From the human T2T-CHM13v2.0 reference genome, Homo sapiens, in assembly GCF_009914755.1 (NCBI RefSeq), contig NC_060931.1: a DNA stretch of 64,000 bases; one strand, written 5' to 3'. Shown piece by piece: positions 19,965-32,655 of this stretch (position 1 is the first letter of the stretch; each line of letters opens with the position of its first letter). Both the position numbers and the translations under genes were made by a program. The notes below the pieces were generated by a model. The model was not told the origin of the DNA. It did no database searches and saw only the letters and a list, made by a program, of their open reading frames with translations.

Positions 19965-22900
19965 GGAGGAGGAGTGCAGCAAGATGGCCAAATAGAAGGC
20001 TCCGTTGATCGTCTGCCCCATAGGAACACCAAATTCAACAACTGTCTACGCAAAAAAAAACCAACAAACAACAACAACAAAAAACCTTCTTAAGAATAAA
20101 AATCAGGTGAGCACTCACAGTATCTGGTTTTAAATTAATATCCCTGAAAGAGGTACTGAAGAGGATAGAAAAGGTAGTCTTAAATTGCTAATGCCACCCC
20201 TTTCCCACCCCTAGCAGCAGCCATGTGGTACAGAGAGAATCTGTGTACTTGAGAGAGGGAGAGTGCAGTCATTGAGAGACATTGCATTAAGCTCAGTGCT
20301 GCCCTGTCATAGCAAAAAGCAAAACCCAGCTGAACTCAGCTGGTGCCCATTCATGGAGGGAGCATTTAGACCAGCCCTACACGAAGGGGAATCACTCATC
20401 TCAGTGGTGGGAACTTGAGTTGCTGCAAGCCTTGTCACCATGGGCTAAAGTACTCTGTGGCACTAAATAAACTTAAAAAGTAGTCTAGGCCACAAAGACT
20501 CCAACTCTTAGGCAAGGCCTAGTGCTGAGCTGAGCTCAGAGCCAGTGGACTTGGGGGACATATGACCTACTAAGATACCAGACAGGTGGCTAAGAAAGCA
20601 TTTGCACCATCCCTTTCCCAATCCCAGGCAGCACAGCTTGTGGATCCAAGAGAGATTTCTTCCTTTCACTTGAGGAAGGGAGAGAGAAGAGTAAAGAGGA
20701 CTTTGTCTTGCATCTTGGATACCAATTCAGCCAAAGTAGGATTGGACACCGGTCAGGATTGTGAGGCCACCCTTCCAGTCCCTAACTGGGATGATGACAT
20801 TTCTAGACATACCCTAGGCCAGAAGGAAATCTGCTGCCTTGAAAGGGAGGAACCAGTTTCAGGAGGATCTATCACTTCCTAACTAAAGAGCACATGGGCA
20901 CGGAATAACAGGCAGCAATACCCAGTTAGTATCAAAAACCTTTGATGAGACTCTGAGATGTGCTGGCTTCAGGTGAGACCCAGCACATTCCAAGATCTGA
21001 TGGCTACAGTGAGAGAGAACTTCTGCTTGAGAAAAGCAGAAGGAAAAGCAAAGGGAACACTGTCTTGCACCTTAGGCACCATCCCAGCCACAATGGAGTA
21101 TAGCAAAAGTGGGCTCTTGGGGTCCCCGATTTCAAGCTTTGACTCTTTGATGGCATTTTCTGGGCCTTCCTGGAGCCAGAGAGCAGCCCAATTCACTGAA
21201 AGGTGGGTCCCAGGCCTGGCAGTATTCACCACAAGCTGACTAAAGAGCCCTTTGGTCTTAACTGAACATCATCAGTAGCCTGGCAGTACTCCCCGGGGGT
21301 CTGTAGTGGTGGTAGCCATTACACCTTTGGTAGTAGAGGCTCCTTTGACTGTAGAAAGGAGAGGTAAAAGGGGGAAGGACTGTGTCTTGTGGTTTGAGTG
21401 CCAGCTCAGCCACGGTACAACAGAACACTAGATAATTTTCTAAAGTTTCTGACCAGTCCCTGGCTCCTGGATGGCATCACTTCTGAGAGCCTTGAATGAA
21501 TATAGGTGATAGTTGGGTAGTAGTTACAGTGAGCCTTGGGTAAGACCCAGTGCTGTGCTGGCTTCAAGTAAGACCTAGTAGAGTCCCAGTGGCCACAGGG
21601 GTACTACAGTCACTCCAACCCAGCTACAAGTGACTCACCACAGAGAGACTCTGTTTTTTTGGAAGAACATAATGGAAGAAATCAAGAGTCTCTAACTGGT
21701 AATCCAGAGAATTTTTCTAGATTTTATCCAAGACTACTGTGGCAGTACCTCTATAGGTCTGCAAGAACCACAGTGTTACTGGGCTTGGAGTCCCACCTAA
21801 TACAGATACAGCTTAGATCACAACACCCAAGTCCTGTCAAATACCTGAAAAATCTTCCCAAGAAGGGCAGGTATGAAGAAGTCCAGACTGTGAAGAATAC
21901 AATGAGTACCCAACCCTTCAATGCCCAGACACTGACAAATATCCACAAGCATTGACACCATCTAGAAAATATCACCTCACCAAACAAACTAAATAAGACA
22001 GAAACCAATCATATTGAAACAGTGATATGTGACTTTTCAGACAGAGAATTTAAAATAGTTGTTTTTAGTAAACTCATAGACATTCATAACACAGAGAAGG
22101 AATTCAGAATTCTATAAGGAAAATTTAACAAAGAGATTGAAATAATTATAAAGAATTAAGCAGAAATTCTTTAGTTGAAAAATGCAATTAATGTACTGAA
22201 GAATGGATCAGTCTTTTAATATCAGAATTGATCAAACAGAAGAAAGAATTAGTGAACTTGAAGACAGGTTATTTAAAAATACACAGAGGACACAAAAGAA
22301 AAAAGAATAAAAAAGGATGAAGCACACTTACAAAATCTATAAAATAGCCTCAGAGGGGCAAGTCTAAAAGTGATTGGACTTAAAGAGGAAAGAGAGAGAG
22401 GGATTAGGGTAGAAAGTTTATTCAAATGGGTAATAATAGAGAACTTCCTAATCCTAGAGAAAGATATTAATATCGAAGTACAAGAAAGTTATACAATACC
22501 AAACAGGTTTTACCCAAAGAAGACTATCTCAAGGCATTTAACAATCAAACTCCCAAAGGTCAAGGATAAGGAAAGGATCCTAAAAGCAGCAAGAGAAAAG
22601 AAACAAGTAACATACAATGGAGTTCTAATATGATTGGCAGAAGACTTTTTAGGGAAACCTTACATGACGAGAAAGACAGGCATAAGATATTTAAAGTGCT
22701 GAAAGAAAAACAAAATACTTTCATCCTAAAAGAGTAAAAAATTCCTAGTGAAAAAAATTCTTCAAAAATGAAAGAGAAATAAGGACTTTCCCAGACAAAC
22801 AAAAGCTGAGGGATATTACCAACACCATACCTGTCTGTCCTACAAGAAATAATAAAGGAACTTTTTCAAACTGAAATAAATGGATGTTAATGAGCAATAA

Positions 22901-23433
22901 GAAATCATGTGAAGGTATAAAACTCACTGGTAACAGTAAGTACACAGAGAAACACAGACTATTTTAACACTGCAACTGTGGTGTATAAACTACTCTCATC
23001 TTAAGTAGAAAGACAAAAAGTTGAATGAATCAAAAATAATAGCTACAACAACTTTTCAAGACATAGTACAATAAGATATAAATAGAAACAAAAAAGTTAC
23101 AAAGCAGGAGACAAAGTTAAGGTGTAGAATTTTTATTAGTTTTCTTTTTGCTTGTTCATTTGTTTGTTTATGCAGTGTTACATTTTTATCAGCTTAAAAT
23201 AATATTTTATAATACAGTATTTGCAAGCCTCATGGTAACTTCAAATCTACAAACATACAACAAATACACAAAAAATAGAAAGCAAGAAATTAAATCATAC
23301 CATGAGAAAAAATCACCTTCACTGAAAATAGACAAAAAAAGAAGTAAAGAACGAAGACCACAAAACAACCAGAAAACAAATTAAAAAATGGCACTAGTGA
23401 ATCCTTACTTACCAATAACATCGAATGTAAATG
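19965..23433 (+). mobile_element. L1M1/L1MA-type 5' UTR + ORF1 + first codons of ORF2
   Basis: Starts ggaggaggagtgcagcaagatggccaaatagaaggctcc (L1M1 5' end). ORF 22370-22633 is ORF1p (IENF..LEKDINIEVQE, KERILKAAREK). It ends at aatggcactagtgaatccttacttaccaataacatcgaatgtaaatg. Confidence 0.88.
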
Positions 23434-23479
23434 TTATTTACATTCTACAAATTGTTAAAATTATCTTAATGTAATGAAA

Positions 23480-23700
23480 TAATTGGATGAAAGGTCAACA
23501 TAATAAAAATTAATTGTATTTTTATATATTAGTAATAAACAACTGGACTTTTTTTTGTAACATCTGAAATAGCATCAAAAAACCTAAAAACTCAGGAACA
23601 AATTTAACCAAAGGTATCTAGGACCCCACACTTAAAACTATAAAACAGTGGTGAGAAAAATTTAGAGACTTAAATAAATGGAAGGATATTTCATAGTTAT
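23480..23700 (+). mobile_element. Ancient L1M ORF2 fragment
   Basis: aaggtcaacat...attgtatttttatatattagtaataaacaactgg...aaaactataaaacagtggtgagaaaaatttagagacttaaataaatgga. Confidence 0.6.
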
Positions 23701-23920
23701 AATTAAAAGCATGAGTCCTGTGATTATATACATCTGTAGTTATTTCTACTCTATTGTTTCATGCTTTACATTTGTTACATTTTTCTGGAGGTCATTTTTT
23801 ATCTTCTGAACTTTTGAATGTTTTAATTTTTTTTAATGATTTGGAAGTTATATATCATTTTTTCTATTCATTCTACAGTTACCCACAGTATTTAGCCAAC
23901 ATGTTTAATTATACACTTTT

Positions 23921-24140
23921 CTTTTAGCTTTTTTGAAATGTATAATACGTTATTAATAAGTATGGTCAAATGTTCTCACCACAAAAAAGATGAGTATTTG
24001 AGGTGATGGATACGTTAATTAGATTGATTTGATAATTCCACCATATATACATGTATGAAAATATGACATTTACTCCAAAAGTTATACAATTGTTATTTGT
24101 CCCAATTAAAAATAAAATAAAAGTAAATTTTTAAATAAAT
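23921..24140 (+). mobile_element. L1MA 3' UTR fragment with short inverted 5' piece
   Basis: Sense aatgttctcaccacaaaaaagatgagtatttgaggtgatggatacgttaattag plus A-tail from 23969. 23921-23968 is the reverse complement of the L1MA sequence normally just upstream. Confidence 0.75.
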
Positions 24141-24209
24141 AAACTGTTTTCTTTCAATGTCTGGAATTACTAGATATTTATATCCTCCATCAGTAATAAT
24201 GCAGAAATG

Positions 24210-24517
24210 GGCCAGGCGTGGTGTCTCACACCTGTAATCCCAGCACTTTGGGAGGTGTAGGCAGGCAGATCACGAGGTCAGGAGATCGAGACCATCCTGG
24301 CTAATATGGTGAAACCCCATCTCTACTAAAAATACAAAAAAATTAGCCAGGCCTGGTGGCAGGCACCTGTAGTCCCAGCTACTTGGGAGGGAGGCTGAGG
24401 CAGGAGAATGGCGTGAACCCAGGAGGCGGAGCTTGCAGTGAGCCGAGATTGTGCCACTGCACTCCAGCCTGGGCGACAGAGTGAGACTCCGTCTCAAAAA
24501 AAAAGAAAAAAAAAAAG
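24210..24517 (+). mobile_element. AluY
   Basis: Full dimer, Y diagnostics, TSD aatgcagaaatg (24198-24209 / 24518-24529), internal 4-bp duplication gggagggagg. Confidence 0.94.
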
Positions 24518-24899
24518 AATGCAGAAATGGAAACATGAGAAGCTCAATTGCATTTTGCAATCTCCACCTCTTATTTTGAGATCACATGCAATATTTTTCC
24601 ATTTGTTTTAATTTACACACTATTAGTTAATTTTAATTAAAATTGTTTTCCGGTTTTGTTAAAAGTTTGTACCAACATTCTTTTAGCTGAAATTGTCCTA
24701 CCCATTTCTATGGCAACTCTGTCATCATTTGGTAGTCTGCCTTAAGTGAGTCAAGGCTCACATTCTTTCTCTTCTTGGAGGTTCTTCTCTCTCCTTAGAT
24801 TTTGGGTTAATTGGTTTTCCTGACACTGCAACTCTTTGATGCATTCAAGAAAAGTAGTTACGATTCAGTAGATCTTCTAGCCTTTTCTTATGGTTGGTG

Positions 24900-26400
24900 A
24901 GCACAGTGACCTTATCAGATTTCTGCATTTTAGGTAAAAACCATAAACTCTTTAAACTTTAAACTTTAAACTCTGTAATGCCAAATGTCTTTGTAAATAG
25001 TTATATTTTACCCTCACATGTAAATGCTAATTTAGCCAAGTACAAAATTTGAGATTCAAAATGATTTTCCCTCAGAATGATACTGCTTCATTGTAGCCCA
25101 GTAACCAGTTTCGATAATGAGAAATATAATGACACTAATTCTTGCTCTATAAGAGATCAGTTGGGTTTGTTTGTTCAGTGTTTTTTTCAGAGAGTTTAGA
25201 ATTTTTCTCACCTATGTTCTGAAATCTCACTTGAAATATGTCTAATTGCTTTTATCTCTTGTTACTTTTTTTTTAAAAAAATGCTTCTCTATACCTGCTG
25301 GGTCTCCTCAATGCTTCCCTTCTGTTCTGATCAATTTTCTCCTGTTAATTCTTTGATAATTATTTTCCTGTCTCTGTTATTTCCTTTTATCACTCTTAAT
25401 TCACTGATATTAAAATTTTAGGGCCTTAGTTTCATGTCTTAATTCTTTATACTATTTTTCATATATATTAATGTATATGTTAATTTTTTAAGTTCTGGGA
25501 GAATTCCTAGTTTTACTCTTTAGCTCCATTCATTCTGACATTCGGTTCTATCTACATTTTTTCCTTTCACACAATTTTCATTACTTATTTTGGTTTTTCC
25601 AATTAATGGGGATTCACTTTCATATATCTAAGGACATTAATTATAATATTTATGTGTTTACTTACTCTGTTTCCTCATGTTCTTTGTGTGAGGACTTTCA
25701 TGATACTAGTTTTCCTCAACTGCTTGCCAATTCTTGGCAGTATATAATTTTTGTATTTGAGAATTCCTGCTGCCTATTCTTTGGGTGGTAGTTCAATATA
25801 CCTTTCCTGCCTCTGCAATTATATGAGCACCCTGAATGTATTAATGTATTATTATCTGGGGATTCTGATAGTTTTTATTTTGACAGTGAGGGTTTCTTGC
25901 TTCTTCTGAGAGTAATTATCTGGGCCCATTTTTATATTTCTCTGGTCTCAGTGCGTGCACCCTATATTTGTTGTAGGAGAAAATATCACTGCTGCCCACT
26001 GCTCAGTACAAGATGCTATGTAGTACAGTTGCTCAAAATGCAATTCTGCAGTGACTCACCTTTCAGATTGCCTCAAAGCTTTCTTGTTGACTCTTACTTT
26101 GCATATTCCCTGGTAATTTTTCTCACCATGAAGACCATCTTTTCGTGCAAATGCTTTATACTCCTATTTTATGCTGAATGGTTTTTCTCCAAATCTCTTT
26201 TTGTTTCCATCAGTTTCTCTTATTCCTGAAATGATCAAAACAATCAATCTGCTAATGGTACTCTTTTGTGTTTGTTTTTCACAGTTATCAATAATTTATA
26301 TTTTATAAATTATACTTTGTTCTCATTTTATTTGATTTGGGGCATATTGAAAAATACAGATTATGTACACAGTCTGCAAATTTGAATCGATCTCAAGGTC
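24900..26400 (-). mobile_element. Ancient L1ME/HAL1-like ORF1-region remnant
   Basis: T-rich antisense L1 motifs (caagtacaaaatttgagattcaaaatgattttccctcagaa, gataatgagaaatataatgacactaattctt). Confidence 0.5.
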
Positions 26401-26445
26401 CTAAAAATATATTTGACTTATTTAGATTAAAATAGGCCCCTTTAA

Positions 26446-26893
26446 TGTGAAGTCAATCTAAGTACCCATCAACTAATGGGTAGATAAAGAAAATGTGGTA
26501 TATATACACTTTGGAATACTGTTGAGCCATTAAAAGGAACAAAACAATGTATTTTGCAGCAATGTGGATGGAGCTGGAGGACACTATTCTAAGTAAAGTA
26601 ACACATGAGTGGAAAACCACAAACTGTTCTCACTTATAAGTGGGAGCTAAGCTTTGAATACGCAAAGGCATACAGAGTGGTATAATGGACTTTAGAGACT
26701 CGGAAGGAGTAGGGTGGAAGAGGGAACGGATAAAAAACTACACATTAGATACAATGTGCACTACTTGGGTGATAGGTACACTAAAATGTCAGAATTCATC
26801 ACTATATAATTCATCCATGTAACCAAAACCACTTGTACCTAAAAGCTATTGAAACAAAAATAAATACATATGTACATACATAAATACATAAAT
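26446..26893 (+). mobile_element. L1PB (L1PB2/3-like) 3' fragment
   Basis: ORF2 end plus L1PB UTR (aaggcatacagagtggtataatggactttagagactc), (TAAA/TACA) tail, TSD aaaataggcccctttaa / aaaataggctcttctaa. Confidence 0.88.
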
Positions 26894-28827
26894 AAAATAG
26901 GCTCTTCTAAAACACTAAACTTCCTTGTTAAATAAATCAGTTAATATTGCAAAATTCGATTATACAGGAAAAAAATCTCTATCTATTGATGATTCTTAAT
27001 TTATCTAGATTTATAGATATGTAATTTTAAAATAAAATGTTTGACCTCTTTATTTTCATATAATTTTTGGTGTTATGAAGCTTTCTGCTTGGCTATTAGT
27101 TCTAAAAACTAGGATATATGATGGATATCCTTATTTAAGTTATGTCTTGTTAGAGAGTCTTTGGGAGGACAGAACTCCTTCTACTTTTGAGAGCCACATT
27201 TTCCCTGGCTCTAAAGAATAAGATGACTGTCGTTTTCTCATAAATTGTAGGTTTTTCTACAAGGCTCATTACTGATTCCTTTCAGAGCTCATTTTCCTAC
27301 AAAATACATAGGAGATCTCAGCGTCCTAAACCAGACTAAACTTTTGAATTGTTGTGTGTAGTAGACCCCAATACTTGACAAATTATCCACTCCAATTAAC
27401 TATTAACGTAAGTTCTTTAATGTAGAGTCTCAGCATGTAGCCTGCTAAATTTTTAAAAAGAGCCAGCCACCTTTCCTCTCCCTAAACTGTAAAACAGAGA
27501 ACTTAATAGGTAATTCTGTAACACTTTCTGATAGCTTTCTCCTTAATGAGCTGCTGGCCTGTGTCTCAGAGTCCACTTCCTTAAATGAGAAGAGCATGGT
27601 TTTCATGTCAACTATTTTAATATTGACTTCTTTTATACTCATTTTGTTAAGAAATCAACTGAGTCAAATATGACTACTTATAGTTTTTATTGCTTTGCAC
27701 TAACCAATAATTATGTGTACAAAATTGAGCGGTCAAGAAATATAAGCTTAACATAGCCCCTCAGCTGTAAATGCTTTCATGAATACTAAATCATATAAAA
27801 CTATCTTAATTAGTATAGGTAGATGTGTTCTGCCTGACCAGGTCACAATTTCAAGTAGCATGTACTAAAACTATGTTTTAATTCTCCTTTTTTAGCTCCT
27901 TTTTAATGGCTTCCTACTAAGTTCAATTAATTGGACACATGCTGTCCCGGAGTAGCAAACTTAAAAATATGTGTGTTTTTATGTTGATGAAATGTTTTCT
28001 CTTTAGGGTCTAAAAGTTATTACCAGAGGCAACTGGTCTTGCTGTCTAAATAGATAAGAATTGCTTACTATTAACTATGCTAAATAATAACCATCATTCT
28101 TAAAAGTTATTCTCCAAAAATGAAGCATTCATTTTAGTCATACATCAGTTCTGGAGACAAACGTACTGGAGACAAATGTACATAGTCCACAGAAGCCTAT
28201 GTTGCTATATCTATGATAGGTAAATCGTAATATATTTTTTGAAAGAGTTGAGGCCCAAATTAAATATGCTGCAGAACTTTGACATTTCTGAGCATTTATC
28301 ACTTTATTTGGGGGTAGGGTACCTTTCCTTTTGATGTAGTTTCAGATTTACAGAAATAGTACAAAGAACTCTCATATATCCCTAGATTCACCAGTTATTT
28401 ATATTTTCTCTATATTCTGTATTACTCTCTATGAAGATATGGATGTAATATTTTTTCTAACCATTTGAGAGGATATTGGAGACCTTTAAGCCTAAATATT
28501 CATGTGCACTTTTGAAGAGTAAGGACATTATTTTACATAAACACAGAGCAATTCCAAAGTTGGGAAATTTAGATAGCACTATTTTTAATCCCCATATTCA
28601 AATTCCATAAACTGTATCAATAATATTCTTTAGAGATATTGTTTCCTGGGTCTAGGATCTAATCTAGGATCAGGCATTACATTTACTTAATTTTTTTTTT
28701 TTTTTAGTTCCTCTAATCTAGAACACTGTTAACCTATGCCCATATGTCTGCAGTTTCTTTTTCTTCAGGTAAAATTTCCATTCAGTGAACTACACATATT
28801 TAGAGAGTTGACAAAGGCCTCTATTTC

Positions 28828-28908
28828 ATATAAATATATATATATATATCATATATATAGTATATATATATATTTCATATATATATAGTGTGTATATATA
28901 TCTATATA

Positions 28909-28963
<55 letters not shown>
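28828..28963. repeat. Compound (TA)n/(TG)n microsatellite
   Basis: Directly visible, includes an uninterrupted (TA) run of about 20 units ending near 28963. Confidence 0.95.
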
Positions 28964-28964
<1 letters not shown>

Positions 28965-29131
28965 TTTAAGTTCTAGGTTACATGTGCAGAACGTGCAGGT
29001 TTATTACATAGGTATACACGTGCCATGGTGGTTTGCTGCACCCATCAACCCATCATCTACATTAGGTATTTCTCCTAATGCTCTCCCTCCCCTAGCCCCC
29101 ACCCCACAACAGGCCCTGGTGTGTGATGTTC
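28828..29131 (-). mobile_element. L1PA7/8-like 3' tip whose tail has become a (TA)n/(TG)n microsatellite
   Basis: tatactttaagttctaggttacatgtgcagaacgtgcagg... at 28960-29131, TSD cctctatttc at 28818-28827 and 29132-29141. Confidence 0.88.
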
Positions 29132-30739
29132 CCTCTATTTCTATAATCAGCACTACTATTAATATACAGGACATCTCTGTTCTCCTCAAAAGTGGGATTA
29201 CGTAGTATATGCTATTTTATGTTTGGCTTTTTTAGTTCAGCATAATGACTATGTGATAATACATCTGTGTCTTTGCATGTATCTGTTGTTCATACCTTGT
29301 ATTACAAAGCAATAATTAATTATCTATATATGGCAAAAATAACTTATTCCTGTGTTGACAGCTGTTTAGACTGTTACGAAAAAGCTTCTTTGTAACTTTT
29401 TGTACAAATTTTATTATATTTGGTGCATATGTATTTTCATATATATATTTTTAGTAAATAGAAACAGAATCACTATATCATAAGGTAAATATATGTTCAA
29501 TTTTACTAAAACCTGGCAAAACCTTTTTCAAAGTGGTTGATCCATATTACATCCCTACCAGCTATGTGTGAAAGTTGCCAGTTCTAAAGAACAGGCAAAA
29601 TGGATCGATGTGAAAAAAAAAATTAGAAAATGGATTGTCTCAGGGTTGCGATAATTTCAGAGTGACTAATAAAGTGAATTTTGGACTTAACTTGGAGACC
29701 TTTATGGCCCATTTTTCTCAGATACCACACCTACTTCTTATTAAGAATTCCAGTCAGACTTCTCAACTTTCATAATAGATATTCCATCCTTCTTTTCACC
29801 TCTTTGTTTTCCAAAGCTTAAGAACTACCATATATATAGATTGCTAGCATTTTAAACTCATGTGCAAGATTTTATGAGCAAACTGTCTGCTTTTCAGTTT
29901 TTAATCACAAACTTAACTAAGAGAATTGATATTCAAGGAAGATGGTCTATTTGACCAACTATTCATGTATTACTCTAGGAATTCTATGTTATGTCCTATT
30001 ATCAGGTCACACAGCCCAAATGTCAGTTATCTGTAACATGTTATTTTGCATATAAAAAATCTATGTTGCTAGATTGCAATTCAAAATAAAAGTTCTTATT
30101 TTTTATTTGCTTGTTTGACAGTTGAAATTCTATTGATGTTTATAATGAAAATACTTGCTTTTTTCTCCTCTCTAGGATTCTGATTACTATTTCAGTTTTA
30201 TTCATATATGCCAACTAAAGGCATTTCTGAAGTGAAATATCACAGTTTTAAACCTTCAAATACAAGTTAAAAGAAAAATATCCACAACAACAACAACAAA
30301 ACTCAGCTGGCTTATTCAGAGTGCTTTTCAGCAATTTACTCACTTTGGGAATATCTAGTTTTCTTTGTGGATTAAACACGTCTGACGTGACTCACTGCTC
30401 TAAAATTCCCAGTTTTGAAGTAATATTTTGTTTTATTTGTCCTAAGAGACTGAGGGTTAACTGCTTTCTCCCATTTAGCTCTTAAAATGTATCAGTTTAT
30501 TTACAGTATTTAACATACATATATTAGGACCTTCTTATTCTATAAAAATAGAACTACTTGTTTAATTAAACCACTAATTGCCTTAGCCAAAGGAAAACAT
30601 CTTACTGAAATAAATGATTTGTCTTGGTAATAGAAGTGTCAAAAGTGCAAATAGATCCCTAATTGCTAGATAATTTCCCAACAATTAATTCTGCTGCTTA
30701 AGTATTCCCCAGCTAGCTCCATGTTGCCTCTCATTTTAG

Positions 30740-31720
30740 ATCAGCACATCACCATCTCCTGCTTGATTATTTCTTTGCCTCCAGTCTTGCCCACTTTATC
30801 TACGCTACTACCTTTCATCTTTATAAAGTACAGTTACGGCCATGTCACTCTGCTGTATGAGACATTCCATTGTCTTCCTTCTCATACCACTGTATAGTTC
30901 AAAATAAAGCCTAACCTCTTTATGTTGGCTTAAAAGCCCTTCATAATTCAAGTTATTTCTGTCTCATCTCTTACCTTCCCCTATTTTGCACCCCTACTCC
31001 ATTTATAACCATTTTCTAGCCTTATAAATGTCCTTCTCTTCCATGTGAATCTTTGTGTATGCCCTCTTTTTTTTTTAACCTGGAACACTCTACAGCAGCT
31101 TTTATACTTCATGCACTTAATGACTACTCTTCCTGTGATGTACTACTGAGTAGAGGAAAAAGTTAGAGCTATTTTTAATTAGTGGTGAAGGTAAGCCTCT
31201 GACAGCATGATATTGGATTCTGAAGATGAGAAAACAGCCTTCTAAGGAGAAATATGAGTGGTCTAGAAAGGGCAGAAGTCCTGAACTGGGGAAGATTATG
31301 GCATATTTGAGTCATAGAAAAAAGTCAGCATAGCTGGAGAGCATTGGAATGGAGAGAGAGGCAGAGTAGAGAGAATGACAGAAGATGAAACTGGAGAGGT
31401 ATATACTGAGTGCCTAAATCATGTGTGATATCACAGACCATTCCAAAGACCTTGGATTTTAGTCTAAGATCATTTCTAAGCCACTAATAAGCTTTAATCA
31501 GGCAAAAGGCTTAATCTGAAAAAAGTTTTGAAGAGATTGCTCTGTTTGTATTGTAAACAGTGGATAGAAGTGGAGGAGGGTGAAATTGGCAGCTGAGAGA
31601 TCTGCTAGATCTCTCTAGCAGTAGGTGGCATCCAGGAAGAAAATAATGATGGCTTGGGTAGGTGTAAGCATTGCACAGGGATAAAAGCTACTAATATATA
31701 ACTTAGGGGATGAGCTAAAC
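30740..31720. mobile_element. L2 fragments in opposite orientations (+ ~30740-31130; - ~31140-31720)
   Basis: CT-rich catgtcactctgctg...aaagcccttcataat, followed by GA-rich ccattccaaagaccttggattttagtctaag...gcatccaggaagaaaataatgatggcttgg. Confidence 0.55.
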
Positions 31721-32404
31721 AGAACTTGCTGAGGAATAGGGAGTTGATAAAAATCCTCTTATATTTATGTAGAGAATTTCAGAGATTGGAATTTTTCAAG
31801 CGTGTTTTTTTTTTTTTTTTTTTTTTTTTGGTGGTGGTTCTCTTTTTTTCCGCAACAGTAACAATGCATCAACAAAAAATTCTGATAGATACCTTAAACT
31901 TACCACACACTTATTTTGACAGCTTTTCGTCTTATTTTTTAGAGTTTAGCTGATCTCCTTGATAAACAAGTTTATTCATGGATGGCTGAAACATGCTTAT
32001 TATTTATATCAACTAAATAAAGTGGCCTGCAGTCGTTGATCTTGACAGGACAATGCAATAGCTTTCTTGCTGATGTGACTCATTATTTTCTCTTCCAAAC
32101 TCACCCTGTGAACCCTATGCACCACCATCACAATTTCCTCAAGAACCATTTCAATTAATTTTCTTTTCTGCTTAATATAGTTTTTATAGCCCACTATACT
32201 CAGGACTAGGTTTATCTTTCAGGCTTCATTTCTCTTTTCTTTTCCTCATGAATGCAATGTTTCAGCTAAAAATAGCTAGTTAGTATTCCTTGAATCCTCC
32301 AGAATTTTATCATTATTTTGTCTTTACTCTTGCAGTCTTTCACAGGACATATTAATATCGTATCTCTAAAACAAAATTCTACTACCCTTAGAGCTTGGAA
32401 TGAG

Positions 32405-32655
32405 AGTAATGCATAGTAGTTAAGAAAATTAGCTTTGCAGTTAAAGAATCATAGGTGAGAATTCTGCCTCTGTCACTTAATAGATGCGTGACCCCAGCAA
32501 GTTCTTAGCCTAAGGACCAGTTTCCCTTTCTCTGAGATGGGGAAGATGAGAGTATCTACTTTATGATGTTGCACTAAAAATTAAATAAGATCTTACCTGC
32601 AACACATTTTATAACATTGTTTGACATAAATTAAGCACCGAACAAATGATAGGTA
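32405..32655 (+). mobile_element. MIR SINE
   Basis: Core gaattctgcctctgtcacttaatagatgcgtgaccccagcaagttcttagcc...cagtttccc. Confidence 0.75.

Larger units (their letters stand above)
28330..29660 (-). mobile_element. L1MC/L1MD 3' UTR remnants (interrupted by a younger L1PA)
   Basis: ttcagatttacagaaatagtacaaagaactc...; ggcaaaacctttttcaaagtggttgatccatattacatccctaccagc. Confidence 0.6.
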
